A stretch of DNA of 64,000 nucleotides from an uncultured Salinisphaerales bacterium. GTDB taxonomy: Bacteria; Pseudomonadota; Gammaproteobacteria; Nevskiales; CAJXLF01. Positions 1-8,445 of this stretch are shown here, one piece after another (position 1 is the first letter of the stretch; each line of letters starts with the position of its first letter). Location: assembly GCA_913055805.1 (NCBI GenBank), contig CAJXLF010000012.1:35034-99033 (forward strand), in the 5' to 3' direction. The notes under the pieces are model-generated. The model was not told the DNA's origin. It was given only the letters and a program-made list of their open reading frames with translations, and did not search any database. Both the position numbers and the translations under genes were made by a program.

Positions 1-775
1 CCGCGGTGCGCTGGAAGCGGCCCGGCGAACGCAGCATCAGACCACGTTCAAAACCGGCGGTGGCCATGGCGATACTCCAGCCATCACCATCACCACCGAT
101 GCGATTGGCGATCGGTACGCGCACATCGTCAAAGAAGATTTCAGCAAAGCCCGGCAGACCATTGAGCTGCTGGATGGGACGAATGGTGATGCCCGGGGTA
201 TCCAGCGGCAGCAGGATAAAACACAGACCCTTGTGGCGTTGTGAACCCGCCTCGCAGCGGAACAGGCCGAACAGCCAGTCGGCATAGACAGCGCGGGTCG
301 ACCAGGTTTTCTGGCCGTTGATGACGTATTCGTCGCCGTCGACTTTCGCCGTACTACGGATCGCCGCCATATCGGAACCTGCGCCCGGCTCGGACCAGCC
401 CTGCGCCCAGATGTCCTCACCAGAGGCCATGCGCGGCAGAAACTTCTTCTTCTGCTCCTCGGTGCCATATTCCATGAGGGTCGGCGCCAGCAGGAACACA
501 CCGTTCTGGTTCACGCGCAGCGGTGCGCCGGCGCGCCAGTATTCTTCCTCGAAGATCAGCCATTCGATGAGGTCGGCGCCACGGCCGCCCAGTGCTTGCG
601 GCCAGGTCACCGCACTCCAGCGGCCTTCGAACAGGGTCTTTTCCCACTGGCGGTGCTGCTCGAAACCTTCCTCGGTGTCGAAGCTCTTGAGCGGTTCTTT
701 CGGTACGTTGGCGTCAAGCCAACCGCGGATTTCCGCGCGGAAGGCGTTTTGTTTATCTGTGTATTCCAGTTTCAT
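1..775 (-). CDS. Acyl-CoA dehydrogenase, FadE30/IpdE1-like (HIP/C-D ring catabolism); 3' end runs off the window
   Basis: Not in the ORF track. Manual translation from the ATG at 775: MKLEYTDKQNAFRAEIRGWL...WAQGWSEPGAGSD...INGQKTWSTRA...FAEIFFDDVRVP, which are ACAD motifs. Lies next to echA20/ipdABC-like genes. Confidence 0.85.
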   Translation of the reverse strand, partial: MKLEYTDKQNAFRAEIRGWLDANVPKEPLKSFDTEEGFEQHRQWEKTLFEGRWSAVTWPQALGGRGADLIEWLIFEEEYWRAGAPLRVNQNGVFLLAPTLMEYGTEEQKKKFLPRMASGEDIWAQGWSEPGAGSDMAAIRSTAKVDGDEYVINGQKTWSTRAVYADWLFGLFRCEAGSQRHKGLCFILLPLDTPGITIRPIQQLNGLPGFAEIFFDDVRVPIANRIGGDGDGWSIAMATAGFERGLMLRSPGRFQRTA

Positions 776-793
776 CAATGATTTCCAATCAGA

Positions 794-916
794 CCCCTCA
801 CCCTCTCCCCAAAGTGGAGAGGGGATTCCTCCCTCTCCCTCCGGGAGAAGGGGAGCGCCATCCCTAACGGAGAAGCATCCCCTCTCCCCTGGCGGGAGAG
901 GGCTAGGGTGAGGGGG
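794..916. repeat. REP-like palindromic cluster, family A (CCCTCTCCC-Nx-GGGAGAGGG)
   Basis: ccctctccccaaagtggagagggg; ccctctccctccgggagaaggg; cccctctcccctggcgggagagggctagggtgagggg. Confidence 0.85.
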
Positions 917-937
917 AATAAGTCACGAGTTCTCATA

Positions 938-1696
938 CTATTTCTTGAAATCCACGTCGCGCTTCTCGACAAAGGCGCGCCGCGTCTCGGCCGAATCCTT
1001 CTCCGTATAGGCCTGCAGCGTAAAGCCCTGCTCCCAGCGATACTTGTCTTCCAGGTTGCCGTCCTCGATGCCGTTCAGCGATTCCTTGGCCAGACGAATC
1101 ATGGCGCCGGACTTGGCGGCAATCTTGCCGGCGATATCCATGGCCACTTCACGCAACATGGTCTTGGGCACAACGCGTTCCACGGCACCCAGGCGATGTG
1201 CCTCGGCGGCGTCGATGGGCTCGCCGGTGAAATACATCATGCGCACCTTCTGCACCGGGAACAGGCGCTGCAGATGGGCGCCGCCGCCCATGGCGCCGCG
1301 ATCCACTTCCGGCACGCCGAAACTGGCGCACTCGGAAGCCACCACGATGTCGGCCGCGCCGGTGATGCCAATACCACCACCCAGTACGAAACCATGCACG
1401 GCCACAATCACCGGCACCGGATTGCGGTGGATGGCTTCAAAGCTGCGGTAGTTGCCGGCATTCACATCAACGATCAACTCCGGATGCGCATCCAGCTCCT
1501 TGATATCCACACCGGCGCAGAAACCGCGGCCCTCGGCGCGGATCACAATCACGTTCGCCTCTTCGGCTTCGCCGAGGCGCCAGATTTCATCGGCCAGCGC
1601 GTGCCAACCGGCGCTGTTCAGCGCATTGACCGGTGGCTTGTCGATGACCAGTTCGGCAATGCCGTTTTCTATAGAACTCGTAAACGGGTTATTCAT
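938..1696 (-). CDS. echA20: Enoyl-CoA hydratase, EchA20/ScdY-like
   Basis: Crotonase motifs FCAGVDIKE, GFVLGGGIG, FGVPEVDRG; C-terminal YRWEQGFT; context with ipdABC. Start placed at MNNPF. Confidence 0.8.
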   Translation of the reverse strand: MNNPFTSSIENGIAELVIDKPPVNALNSAGWHALADEIWRLGEAEEANVIVIRAEGRGFCAGVDIKELDAHPELIVDVNAGNYRSFEAIHRNPVPVIVAVHGFVLGGGIGITGAADIVVASECASFGVPEVDRGAMGGGAHLQRLFPVQKVRMMYFTGEPIDAAEAHRLGAVERVVPKTMLREVAMDIAGKIAAKSGAMIRLAKESLNGIEDGNLEDKYRWEQGFTLQAYTEKDSAETRRAFVEKRDVDFKK

Positions 1697-1872
1697 GGAT
1701 GAGGCCTTGTTATGGCATTCAAGCGCAATACTGCCCGGCACAGGGCAGGCCTGCTTTCATTGTCGGGAAACATTATCAAAAACATAGAGCGCAACAGCTT
1801 CACCCTTTAGGACGAGTGCGGCCAGGAACAGCAAAGCTGGCATCCGGAAGCAGGTGATTTCCTGCACCGGGA

Positions 1873-2199
1873 TTATTTAGATAACTTATGTGATATCAGC
1901 CGGTTGAGGCTTACCCCGGACTCGGCAGCCAGCATGGCGAGCTGCCGGTGCAATTCAGGCGGCACGCGCACCATGAGGCGGCCACTGAACGACTTCGTGG
2001 ACAGCGGCTCCGGTACGGGTTCACCCGACTTTTTCATGTCCCTGATACTCTGCACCACCACCTTGCGGATGCCGGCCAGGGCTTTTTCCGGAGTTGTATC
2101 CAGCCAGCTCAGGCTGGGCAACTCGGCGCAAGTTGCCACAAACTCCCTGTCCTCTTCGGACCAGGAAACACGATAGGTGTATTGATCAATCAGCTTCAT
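1873..2199 (-). CDS. hicB: HicB-family antitoxin (RNase H-like fold plus RHH)
   Basis: YTYRVSWSEEDREFVATCAELPSLSW...PVPEPLSTKSFSGRLMVRVPPELHRQLA. Confidence 0.85.
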   Translation of the reverse strand: MKLIDQYTYRVSWSEEDREFVATCAELPSLSWLDTTPEKALAGIRKVVVQSIRDMKKSGEPVPEPLSTKSFSGRLMVRVPPELHRQLAMLAAESGVSLNRLISHKLSK

Positions 2200-2443
2200 T
2201 AACCGACTCCAGGCGTTTGATCGCCGCTAGCACTTGCCGTACCTGATAGGGTTTTGCCCTGCCCTTGTCATTCTGAATATTCACACGCGGATCACCCGGC
2301 CAGGGTGTCCTGTAAATGCGATGGCTGGTGCCAGCCTGCCTCGCCTTGCCAAAATACTGGTCACAAACCTTGCAGAGATCCCTGAAACGAACGCCCTTGG
2401 GGTTCCGCTTCATCAAGATCAGAATGTCGTCGATATCAGGCAT
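2186..2443 (-). CDS. hicA: HicA-like toxin
   Basis: 85-aa basic protein, GTSHRIYRTPWPGDPRVNIQ...KPYQVRQV; overlaps the hicB start. Confidence 0.8.
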   Translation of the reverse strand: MPDIDDILILMKRNPKGVRFRDLCKVCDQYFGKARQAGTSHRIYRTPWPGDPRVNIQNDKGRAKPYQVRQVLAAIKRLESVNEAD

Positions 2444-2493
2444 ATGGATAGTATCATTATTAGTGTCATTATATCGGAACGGCTTTCAAATGA

Positions 2494-2513
2494 AAAAGCC
2501 CCTAAAAGGGGCT
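2494..2513. terminator. Hairpin terminator downstream of ipdC
   Basis: aaaaagcccctaaaaggggct: agcccc/ggggct stem with a T-tract on the minus strand. Confidence 0.6.
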
Positions 2514-2556
2514 GATTCCGCTGTCCGCGATCTAAGCGGAAAGTCGTGGATACAGA

Positions 2557-3633
2557 CTATTTTTTGATCCGTGTACTGTCAAACAAGCTGGATAGCTGAG
2601 CCTCCGCCTGTTGCACGATGCTGCTGATCAGTTCTTCGCAGGTCGGCAGCGAATCGATCACCGCAGCCACCTGGCCCGATGGCAGTACGCCTTCGTCCGG
2701 CCGACCCTCCACCATGGCACGCTGAATGATGACAGGCGCATTCGCCGCCATCATGGTCTGAATGGCTGAGTCGCCCTCTTTCAGGGCCGTGATGGCGGTT
2801 TTGACCATATGCGCGGTGGACATGCCGGTATGCGCTTTCCACTGCCAGGCCGAGGACAACGCCACCAGCAACCGGTGCAGGAAACCTCCCGACTCAAGCC
2901 GGTGCAGGAAGGGGTTGTCGATCATGCGCTGCGGCAGGCCGTCCATGGCTTTCGATACGCGAATCAGGGCCGGGTCCTTGGTATCCAGATATTTCTGCAG
3001 GGTCGCTTTCGGCACCGGCGATTCGGCCGTGAGCAGAAAGCGTGTGCCCATGGCGATGCCGGCCGCGCCGTAACCCAGCGCGCCGGCCAGGCCACGGCCG
3101 TTGGAAAAACCGCCCGCCGCCACCACCGGCACGTTCACCGCATCCAGCACCTGCGGCAACAGCAGCGTGGTCGGCACCGAACCGGTGTGACCACCGCCCT
3201 CGCCACCCTGGATGGTGATGATGTCGGCGCCCAGTTCCACCGCCTTCACGGCATGCTTCACCGCACCCACCGTCGGCATGCACAGCACGCCGGCGTCCTT
3301 GAAGCGCTGGATGATGTCGGCACTGGGCCCGCGGCCGTAACTCACGGCCCGCACGCGGTCCTTGTTCTCGATGATGAGATCGATCACCTCGGCGGCGTTC
3401 GGCTGGAACATGTGGAAGTTCACGCCGAAGTTGGCATCGGTACCGGCCCGCACCTTGTCGATTGCCGCCTTCAGTTCCGGTGTGGACATGGTCGCCGCGG
3501 CCAGGAAGCCGAAGGCCCCGGCATTGCTGCTGCCGATGACCAGACCGGCATCCGCCACCCAACCCATCGCGGTCTGCACGATTGGATAACGGCAGCCGAG
3601 TTTTACTGTGAGTGGCGTGGACAGGTTCGGCAT
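2557..3633 (-). CDS. ipdC: Nitronate monooxygenase/enoyl-reductase family flavoprotein, IpdC/ScdK-like
   Basis: PIVQTAMGWVA, QGGEGGGHTG, VVAAGGF, IAMGTRFL, GVLPSGQVA; located in the ipdAB operon. Confidence 0.8.
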   Translation of the reverse strand: MPNLSTPLTVKLGCRYPIVQTAMGWVADAGLVIGSSNAGAFGFLAAATMSTPELKAAIDKVRAGTDANFGVNFHMFQPNAAEVIDLIIENKDRVRAVSYGRGPSADIIQRFKDAGVLCMPTVGAVKHAVKAVELGADIITIQGGEGGGHTGSVPTTLLLPQVLDAVNVPVVAAGGFSNGRGLAGALGYGAAGIAMGTRFLLTAESPVPKATLQKYLDTKDPALIRVSKAMDGLPQRMIDNPFLHRLESGGFLHRLLVALSSAWQWKAHTGMSTAHMVKTAITALKEGDSAIQTMMAANAPVIIQRAMVEGRPDEGVLPSGQVAAVIDSLPTCEELISSIVQQAEAQLSSLFDSTRIKK

Positions 3634-3649
3634 ATCTAACTCTTTATTT

Positions 3650-3724
3650 ATCCACAGATTACACAGATTCCACGGATTAATAACATCCTGGAAAAATCTG
3701 TGTACATCTGTGTAATCTGTGGAT
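3650..3724. repeat. REP-like inverted repeat, family B (CCACAGAT/ACACAGAT...ATCTGTG)
   Basis: atccacagattacacagattccacggat ... atctgtgtacatctgtgtaatctgtggat. Confidence 0.85.
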
Positions 3725-3727
3725 CAT

Positions 3728-4909
3728 TCATTTCTTGATAATTACTGACGAGCCGTGCCCGAACAGGCCTTGGTTGGCCGTGATACCAACCTTGGCGCCT
3801 TGCACCTGACGCGCTCCGGCCTGGCCACGCAGCTGCCAGGTGAGTTCGCAGACCTGGGCCAGCGCCTGGGCGGGGACGGCTTCACCGAAGCAGGCCAGAC
3901 CGCCGGAAGGGTTGACCGGAATACGGCCGCCGACAGTTGTTTCGCCGGCACGCAATAACTTCGCCGCCTCACCGCGTTCGCAGAGCTGCAGGTCTTCCAT
4001 CCAGTCCAGTTCCAGCGCGGTGGACAGGTCGTAGACCTCGGCCACGCTGACGTCTTCCGGTCCGATGCCGGCTTCCTCGTAGGCCTTCTTCGGCAGGTTG
4101 GCGCGGAACGACTGCGCCGCCACCACGGCCGAAGAATCGGTGGCGATATCCGGCATTTCCACGGTTTCCGACGCATAGGTCGGGGTGACGGTAGAGATGG
4201 CGGCAATGCGCGGCGCATCGCCCTTGCCGATTTTCTTCGCGTACTCGACGCTGGAAATAATAAGCGCCGCGCCGCCGTCGGAGGTGGCGCAGACATCCAT
4301 CAACCGCAGCGGGTCGGCCACCATGGCCGAGTCGGCCACGTCCTGGGCCGAGAACTTCTTGCGGTAGCGGGCATTGGGATTCTCGAAGCCGTGCGCCGAG
4401 TTCTTCACCTTGACCAGTGCAAAGTCTTCCTGCGTATCGCCGTACAGCGCCATGCGGCGGCGCGCGTAGAGCGCGAAATAGGTCGGATTGGTAATGCCGA
4501 CGCGGAAACGCACCCAGTCCGGATCGTCCGGGCGTTCGCCGGGTTGCGGCTTGAGAAAGCCTTTCGGCGTGGTGTCGGCGCCGATCACCAGGGCCACGTC
4601 GCAGTGTCCGGCCAGGATCTTGGCGCGCGCCGCGGCCAGGGCCTGGGAACCCGAGGCGCAGGCGGCGTAGGAGGTGTTCACCTCGGCGCCCTGCCAGCCC
4701 AGCGCCTGGGCGAAGGTGGCGCCGGCCACGAAACCGGGATAGCCATTGCGAATGGTTGCGCCGCCGGATACGAACTGCACGTCGCGCCATTTCACGCCGG
4801 CGTCTTTCAGCGCCACGCGGGCGGCGTGCACGCCGTACTCCACGAAGTTGCGGCCCCATTTGCCCCAGGGGTGCATGCCGGCGCCCAACACAGCCACTTC
4901 GTTGCTCAT
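3728..4909 (-). CDS. SCP2-type thiolase / lipid-transfer protein (Ltp-like)
   Basis: AACASGSQA, SDGGAAL, AEVYDLS, PVNPSGGL; start at MSNEVAVLGAGMHPWGKW; paired with a DUF35 protein. Confidence 0.85.
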   Translation of the reverse strand: MSNEVAVLGAGMHPWGKWGRNFVEYGVHAARVALKDAGVKWRDVQFVSGGATIRNGYPGFVAGATFAQALGWQGAEVNTSYAACASGSQALAAARAKILAGHCDVALVIGADTTPKGFLKPQPGERPDDPDWVRFRVGITNPTYFALYARRRMALYGDTQEDFALVKVKNSAHGFENPNARYRKKFSAQDVADSAMVADPLRLMDVCATSDGGAALIISSVEYAKKIGKGDAPRIAAISTVTPTYASETVEMPDIATDSSAVVAAQSFRANLPKKAYEEAGIGPEDVSVAEVYDLSTALELDWMEDLQLCERGEAAKLLRAGETTVGGRIPVNPSGGLACFGEAVPAQALAQVCELTWQLRGQAGARQVQGAKVGITANQGLFGHGSSVIIKK

Positions 4910-4910
4910 A

Positions 4911-5026
4911 CCCCCTCTCCCGGCGCTTCGCGCCACCCTCTCCCACAAGGGGAGAGGGAGCAAGAATCAGCGAATGACGCGTAACAAGCCCCTCTCCCCT
5001 TGTGGGAGAGGGGTTGGGGAGAGGGG
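4911..5026. repeat. REP-like pair, family A
   Basis: ccctctcccacaaggggagaggg and cccctctccccttgtgggagaggggttggggagagggg. Confidence 0.85.
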
Positions 5027-5045
5027 TAATACCAATATGCACTCA

Positions 5046-5465
5046 TTAAGCTGGCTTCCACTTCCAGGTGACTTTGCCGTCATTCAATGCTTCCAGCACC
5101 AGTTCCATGGCCATGCCGACTTCAAGCTGTTCGACACTGATGCCGTCCACCACTGAGCCGAGCACGATCATCTTTTCGGCATCCAGTTCAACGGCGGCAA
5201 TCGCATAGGGTTCATGCGGATCCTTCGCCACGAAAGGTTCGGGCGGCTGGTACATGGCATTGGTGTAGGACCACAGCTTGCCGGTACGCGACAGCTTCAC
5301 TTCGTCGAAGCTTTCGCCCTCGCAGTCCGGGTTGCGGCAGAACTTCGCTTCGCCGCGAATCTGCGGAAAGTAATAGGTGCCGCAGGACTGGCACTGCGAA
5401 CCCAGCAGATGCGGCTGCTCGCCGTCGAGCGTAAACCAGCCTTCCAGAACCGGCGTGGCACTCAT
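5046..5465 (-). CDS. Zn-ribbon/OB-fold (DUF35) thiolase partner
   Basis: CQSC...CRNPDC zinc motif; GKLWSYT; PYAIAAVEL. Confidence 0.85.
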   Translation of the reverse strand: MSATPVLEGWFTLDGEQPHLLGSQCQSCGTYYFPQIRGEAKFCRNPDCEGESFDEVKLSRTGKLWSYTNAMYQPPEPFVAKDPHEPYAIAAVELDAEKMIVLGSVVDGISVEQLEVGMAMELVLEALNDGKVTWKWKPA

Positions 5466-6256
5466 GCCGCTTGCCTTATGCCAGGGGGGTTGTCCTTGAT
5501 CTGCTTGCTGCGCACGTCACGCGGGTCGAGCTTGCGGATAATTTCCAGCTGCTCCGCCGTGGGATGCGCAGTCTCGCCACAGTCCTCCGCCTGGATCAGC
5601 GGGAAACCGGTGTTTTGCTGCACTTCCTCGAAACTCACGCCCGGGTGCAGGCTGATCACACGGATGGCATGGTCTGGCCCACCGAAATCCATGACGCAGA
5701 GATTGGTCACGATGTGCTTGATGCTGGCGTAGTCACGCTTCACGCCGGCTTCCCAGCTCTCGTCGCGATAACCCACCGAGCAGACCACGTCCACCTGGTC
5801 TTCCACGAACACGCGCGTGCCGTGGTTGGGCACGAAGAAGGAATTGCCGTGGTTGATGCTGTTGCCGGGGAAGCCACGCATGCCCAGCATCTGGCGCTTG
5901 GGTTTGGCGAAGTCGCCAATGCAGGCAATGTTGGCCTGGCCCCAGCGGTCAATCTGCACCGGGCCGACCAGCGCATGGCGCTTGCCGTTCCACAGCAGGT
6001 CGAAAACCCGCGAGTACGGCATGTAACCGCCGTAGGTGCGGCCTTCATGGTTTTTGGCGCCAATCACGACCGGCTCTTCGGTCAGATAGGCTTCGCCATC
6101 AGTAATCATGATGCCGGGGCTGTGGCTCAGCTTGGCCAGCCCCTGGGCGATACGCGGGATGATGCCGATACCGGTGGCCAGCACTTCGCCTTCGTCTTTC
6201 CAGACATCGGCGCAGGCGCAGATCAGCAGTTCTGCGAGAGTGAAGTTGCTGCTCAT
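5462..6256 (-). CDS. ipdB: IpdB, CoA-transferase-fold C-ring hydrolase beta subunit
   Basis: TLAELLICAC, TDGEA, QIDRWGQANI, QMLGMRGFPGNSINH; start at MSSNF. Confidence 0.85.
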   Translation of the reverse strand: MSSNFTLAELLICACADVWKDEGEVLATGIGIIPRIAQGLAKLSHSPGIMITDGEAYLTEEPVVIGAKNHEGRTYGGYMPYSRVFDLLWNGKRHALVGPVQIDRWGQANIACIGDFAKPKRQMLGMRGFPGNSINHGNSFFVPNHGTRVFVEDQVDVVCSVGYRDESWEAGVKRDYASIKHIVTNLCVMDFGGPDHAIRVISLHPGVSFEEVQQNTGFPLIQAEDCGETAHPTAEQLEIIRKLDPRDVRSKQIKDNPPGIRQAA

Positions 6257-6263
6257 TCCGACA

Positions 6264-6303
6264 CCCCCTCTCCCCGGCCCTCTCCCACGTAGGGGAGAGG
6301 GGG
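6264..6303. repeat. REP-like element, family A
   Basis: ccccctctccccggccctctcccacgtaggggagaggggg. Confidence 0.8.
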
Positions 6304-6332
6304 TTTTTCCATTATCACTGTATGCATATTCA

Positions 6333-7220
6333 TCAGAAGACTTGCCTTGGTAGCGAGGTGATGGCCTCCAGACCGCCCACGGCCTGCTGGTAAGCCGCTT
6401 CGTCACCGCCGAGAAATTCGTCCACGTACTTCTGCCAGCCGCCTTCTTCGTTGGCCGCTTCGCAGTAACGCTTGATGTGGCCGGCGTCCCAACCGTAACC
6501 GCCGCCGTTCACCGCGACATGCGACGTCGGGTGGGCGCCGCCACGAATCTGCACCACGCCGGTCACCAGACTACGCTCGAACAGGTTGTGTTTGGCGTCC
6601 TCTTCGCTGGAATCGATACGATCCACCAGTTCCTCGCAGCTCAGGTAGCAGCGGTCTGCGGCGCGGGCGAACCACTCATCGAAGAAAGGATCCGGGCTGT
6701 AGAGGCGACTGTTACCCAGGCGGTCGGCCTTGTGGGTGTGCAGCAGCGCCACGTCCAGCTTGATGGCCGGCATGGCCAGTAAAGTTTCGCCGTCAGCGTA
6801 GGGCGAGGTCACCGTCTTGACCTCCGGGCTCACCTTGAGAAAGTCAGTGCCCAGGCCGGAACGCGTCGGCAGAAACGGCAGGCGATACGCCGCGGCACGC
6901 AGGCCCCAGTGCAGCATGCCCTCGTCCAGTTCCATGGCCTCGATGCTGCCGGCCTCGCGGGCCTGGCGGAAGAACGGCTCCAGCGGAATGAAGTCCAGCG
7001 ACACGAAACCGTAGATGAGTTTTCGTACCTTGCCGGCGGCACAGAGCATGCCCATGTCCGCCCCGCCGTAACCGACGATAGTCAGATCCTTCAGGCCGGA
7101 GCGCAGAATCTCGCGCACAAGGGCCATGGGCTTGCGCCGCGGACCCCAGCCGCCGATGCCGATGGTCATGCCATCTTCGAGCGTGGCGACGACTTCTGCC
7201 GTCGTCATTTCCTTATTCAC
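6333..7220 (-). CDS. ipdA: IpdA, CoA-transferase-fold C-ring hydrolase alpha subunit
   Basis: GMTIGIGGWGPRRKPMALVR, GFVSLDFIPLEP, ELDEGM, GAHPTS. Confidence 0.9.
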   Translation of the reverse strand: MNKEMTTAEVVATLEDGMTIGIGGWGPRRKPMALVREILRSGLKDLTIVGYGGADMGMLCAAGKVRKLIYGFVSLDFIPLEPFFRQAREAGSIEAMELDEGMLHWGLRAAAYRLPFLPTRSGLGTDFLKVSPEVKTVTSPYADGETLLAMPAIKLDVALLHTHKADRLGNSRLYSPDPFFDEWFARAADRCYLSCEELVDRIDSSEEDAKHNLFERSLVTGVVQIRGGAHPTSHVAVNGGGYGWDAGHIKRYCEAANEEGGWQKYVDEFLGGDEAAYQQAVGGLEAITSLPRQVF

Positions 7221-7277
7221 TTATAAAATCCTTAATCGGTCAATCCTCCCACCCGCTGGTGAGAGATTTTCAACTAT

Positions 7278-7364
7278 CCCCTCTCCCCCGGCGGGAGAGG
7301 GTTAGGGCGAGGGGGAATATTGAGACCACCCTCTCCCCAGCCCTCCCCCATCAAGGGGGAGGGA
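7278..7364. repeat. REP-like pair, family A
   Basis: cccctctcccccggcgggagagggttagggcgaggggg; ccctcccccatcaagggggaggg. Confidence 0.8.
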
Positions 7365-7370
7365 GTGTTC

Positions 7371-8258
7371 TTACTGGAAGCCTACCGAAAAATCATGCCC
7401 CCAGATGCTCACCTTCTCGCCCTGCGTCGTTTCCCAGGTCTCGTGATCAATCACCCGGCCACCGAAGCCGAATTCCAGGGCAAAGTTGCCCGGCGTCATC
7501 ATGTAGAAGGAGGTCATCAGGTCGTTTTCATGCTGGCCCATGGTCGCCATCAGCTTCACATTGTTGGCCTCCATGCGCTCGTGGGCGGCATCGACCTCTT
7601 CCTTGCTGTTGACCTCGACCATGATGTGGATACAGCCGGCCGGATTCGGCATTTCACCCAGCGCCAGGCTGTGGTGACGGCCGTTGCAGTGCAGGAAGTG
7701 CATACGCATGACCGGCGCATCCGGAGCAAACTGCATGCTGAATTCATCCGAAACGCGGAAACCCAGCACATCAGTAAACAGCTTTTCGGTCTCGTCGAAC
7801 GGCAGGGCCGGCAGCACAGTGTGACCCATGCCCATGTCACCGGTCTTGAAACCGCTGACGCCAATGGGCGAAACAAAATCGGACTGGCCACCGGTATAGC
7901 CGTAGCTGACTTCATGGCGGTTACCAGCTGCATCGGTGAACACGGCCAGGTCAGTCACCTTGCGGAAGGCCTTTTCTTCGTCACTGCCGGCCGCGACGTC
8001 CACACCGGCATTCTTCAGCGCCCCGACGGCGGCATCGAAACCAGCCTGGTCTGCCACCTGCCAGCCGGAAGCGTGGTAACGGTCTTCACTGCCGGGCAAC
8101 ACGGCGATGCGATAATCGCGCTCGTCCATCTTCAGGTAAAGGCCGCCACCCGGCGCCTCGGACGTCGACATGCCAAGCACCTGTTCTGCGTAGTGCTTCC
8201 ATTTTGCGACGTCGGTACTCTGGGCCACGATATAGGCCAGTGCGTCAATCTTCGCCAT
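7371..8258 (-). CDS. hsaC: Extradiol dioxygenase, HsaC/TesB (3,4-DHSA meta-cleavage)
   Basis: LKMDERDYRI, MGMGHTVL, FLHCNGRHHSLAL, HIMVEV, GQHENDLMTSFYMMTPG..LEFG. Confidence 0.85.
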   Translation of the reverse strand: MAKIDALAYIVAQSTDVAKWKHYAEQVLGMSTSEAPGGGLYLKMDERDYRIAVLPGSEDRYHASGWQVADQAGFDAAVGALKNAGVDVAAGSDEEKAFRKVTDLAVFTDAAGNRHEVSYGYTGGQSDFVSPIGVSGFKTGDMGMGHTVLPALPFDETEKLFTDVLGFRVSDEFSMQFAPDAPVMRMHFLHCNGRHHSLALGEMPNPAGCIHIMVEVNSKEEVDAAHERMEANNVKLMATMGQHENDLMTSFYMMTPGNFALEFGFGGRVIDHETWETTQGEKVSIWGHDFSVGFQ

Positions 8259-8360
8259 GGTTAGTCCTGTTCTGCTTATGTATGGAGGGGTTTCTCTCGT
8301 ACAGTATTGTCCCGACGGCAGCATGAGACATCATCACCCGTTGGGATTAGCCGTCCATAG

Positions 8361-8378
8361 TTCGTCTTTATGGACGAA
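8361..8378. promoter_or_regulatory. Palindromic operator TTCGTC-N6-GACGAA in the hsaC/tesI divergent region
   Basis: ttcgtc tttatg gacgaa; a related site lies at 41257-41274. Confidence 0.55.
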
Positions 8379-8445
8379 GATGCCAGGCAGTTATGTCTCT
8401 AATTTCGTGGGACTAATCTGAGCATTAAAGCGACAAGAACAGGCC

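Noticed and set aside
3650-3724. Short tandem ACACAGAT units (also at 11739-11870) as a possible CRISPR array
   Set aside because: The units are 8-11 bp, arranged as inverted arms with no unique 30-40 bp spacers, and there are no cas genes. They are REP-like.
3969-5042. 357-aa alternative-frame ORF over the thiolase
   Set aside because: Arg/Gly/Pro-rich off-frame product typical of GC-rich codon bias; the thiolase frame carries the motifs.
5462-6406. ORF-track N-terminal extensions of ipdB (to 6406), thiolase (to 4963), fadD3 (10056), the kinase (54789) and others
   Set aside because: The extensions run through repeats or upstream genes. Downstream ATGs with an RBS or a coupled overlap fit the family N-termini better.
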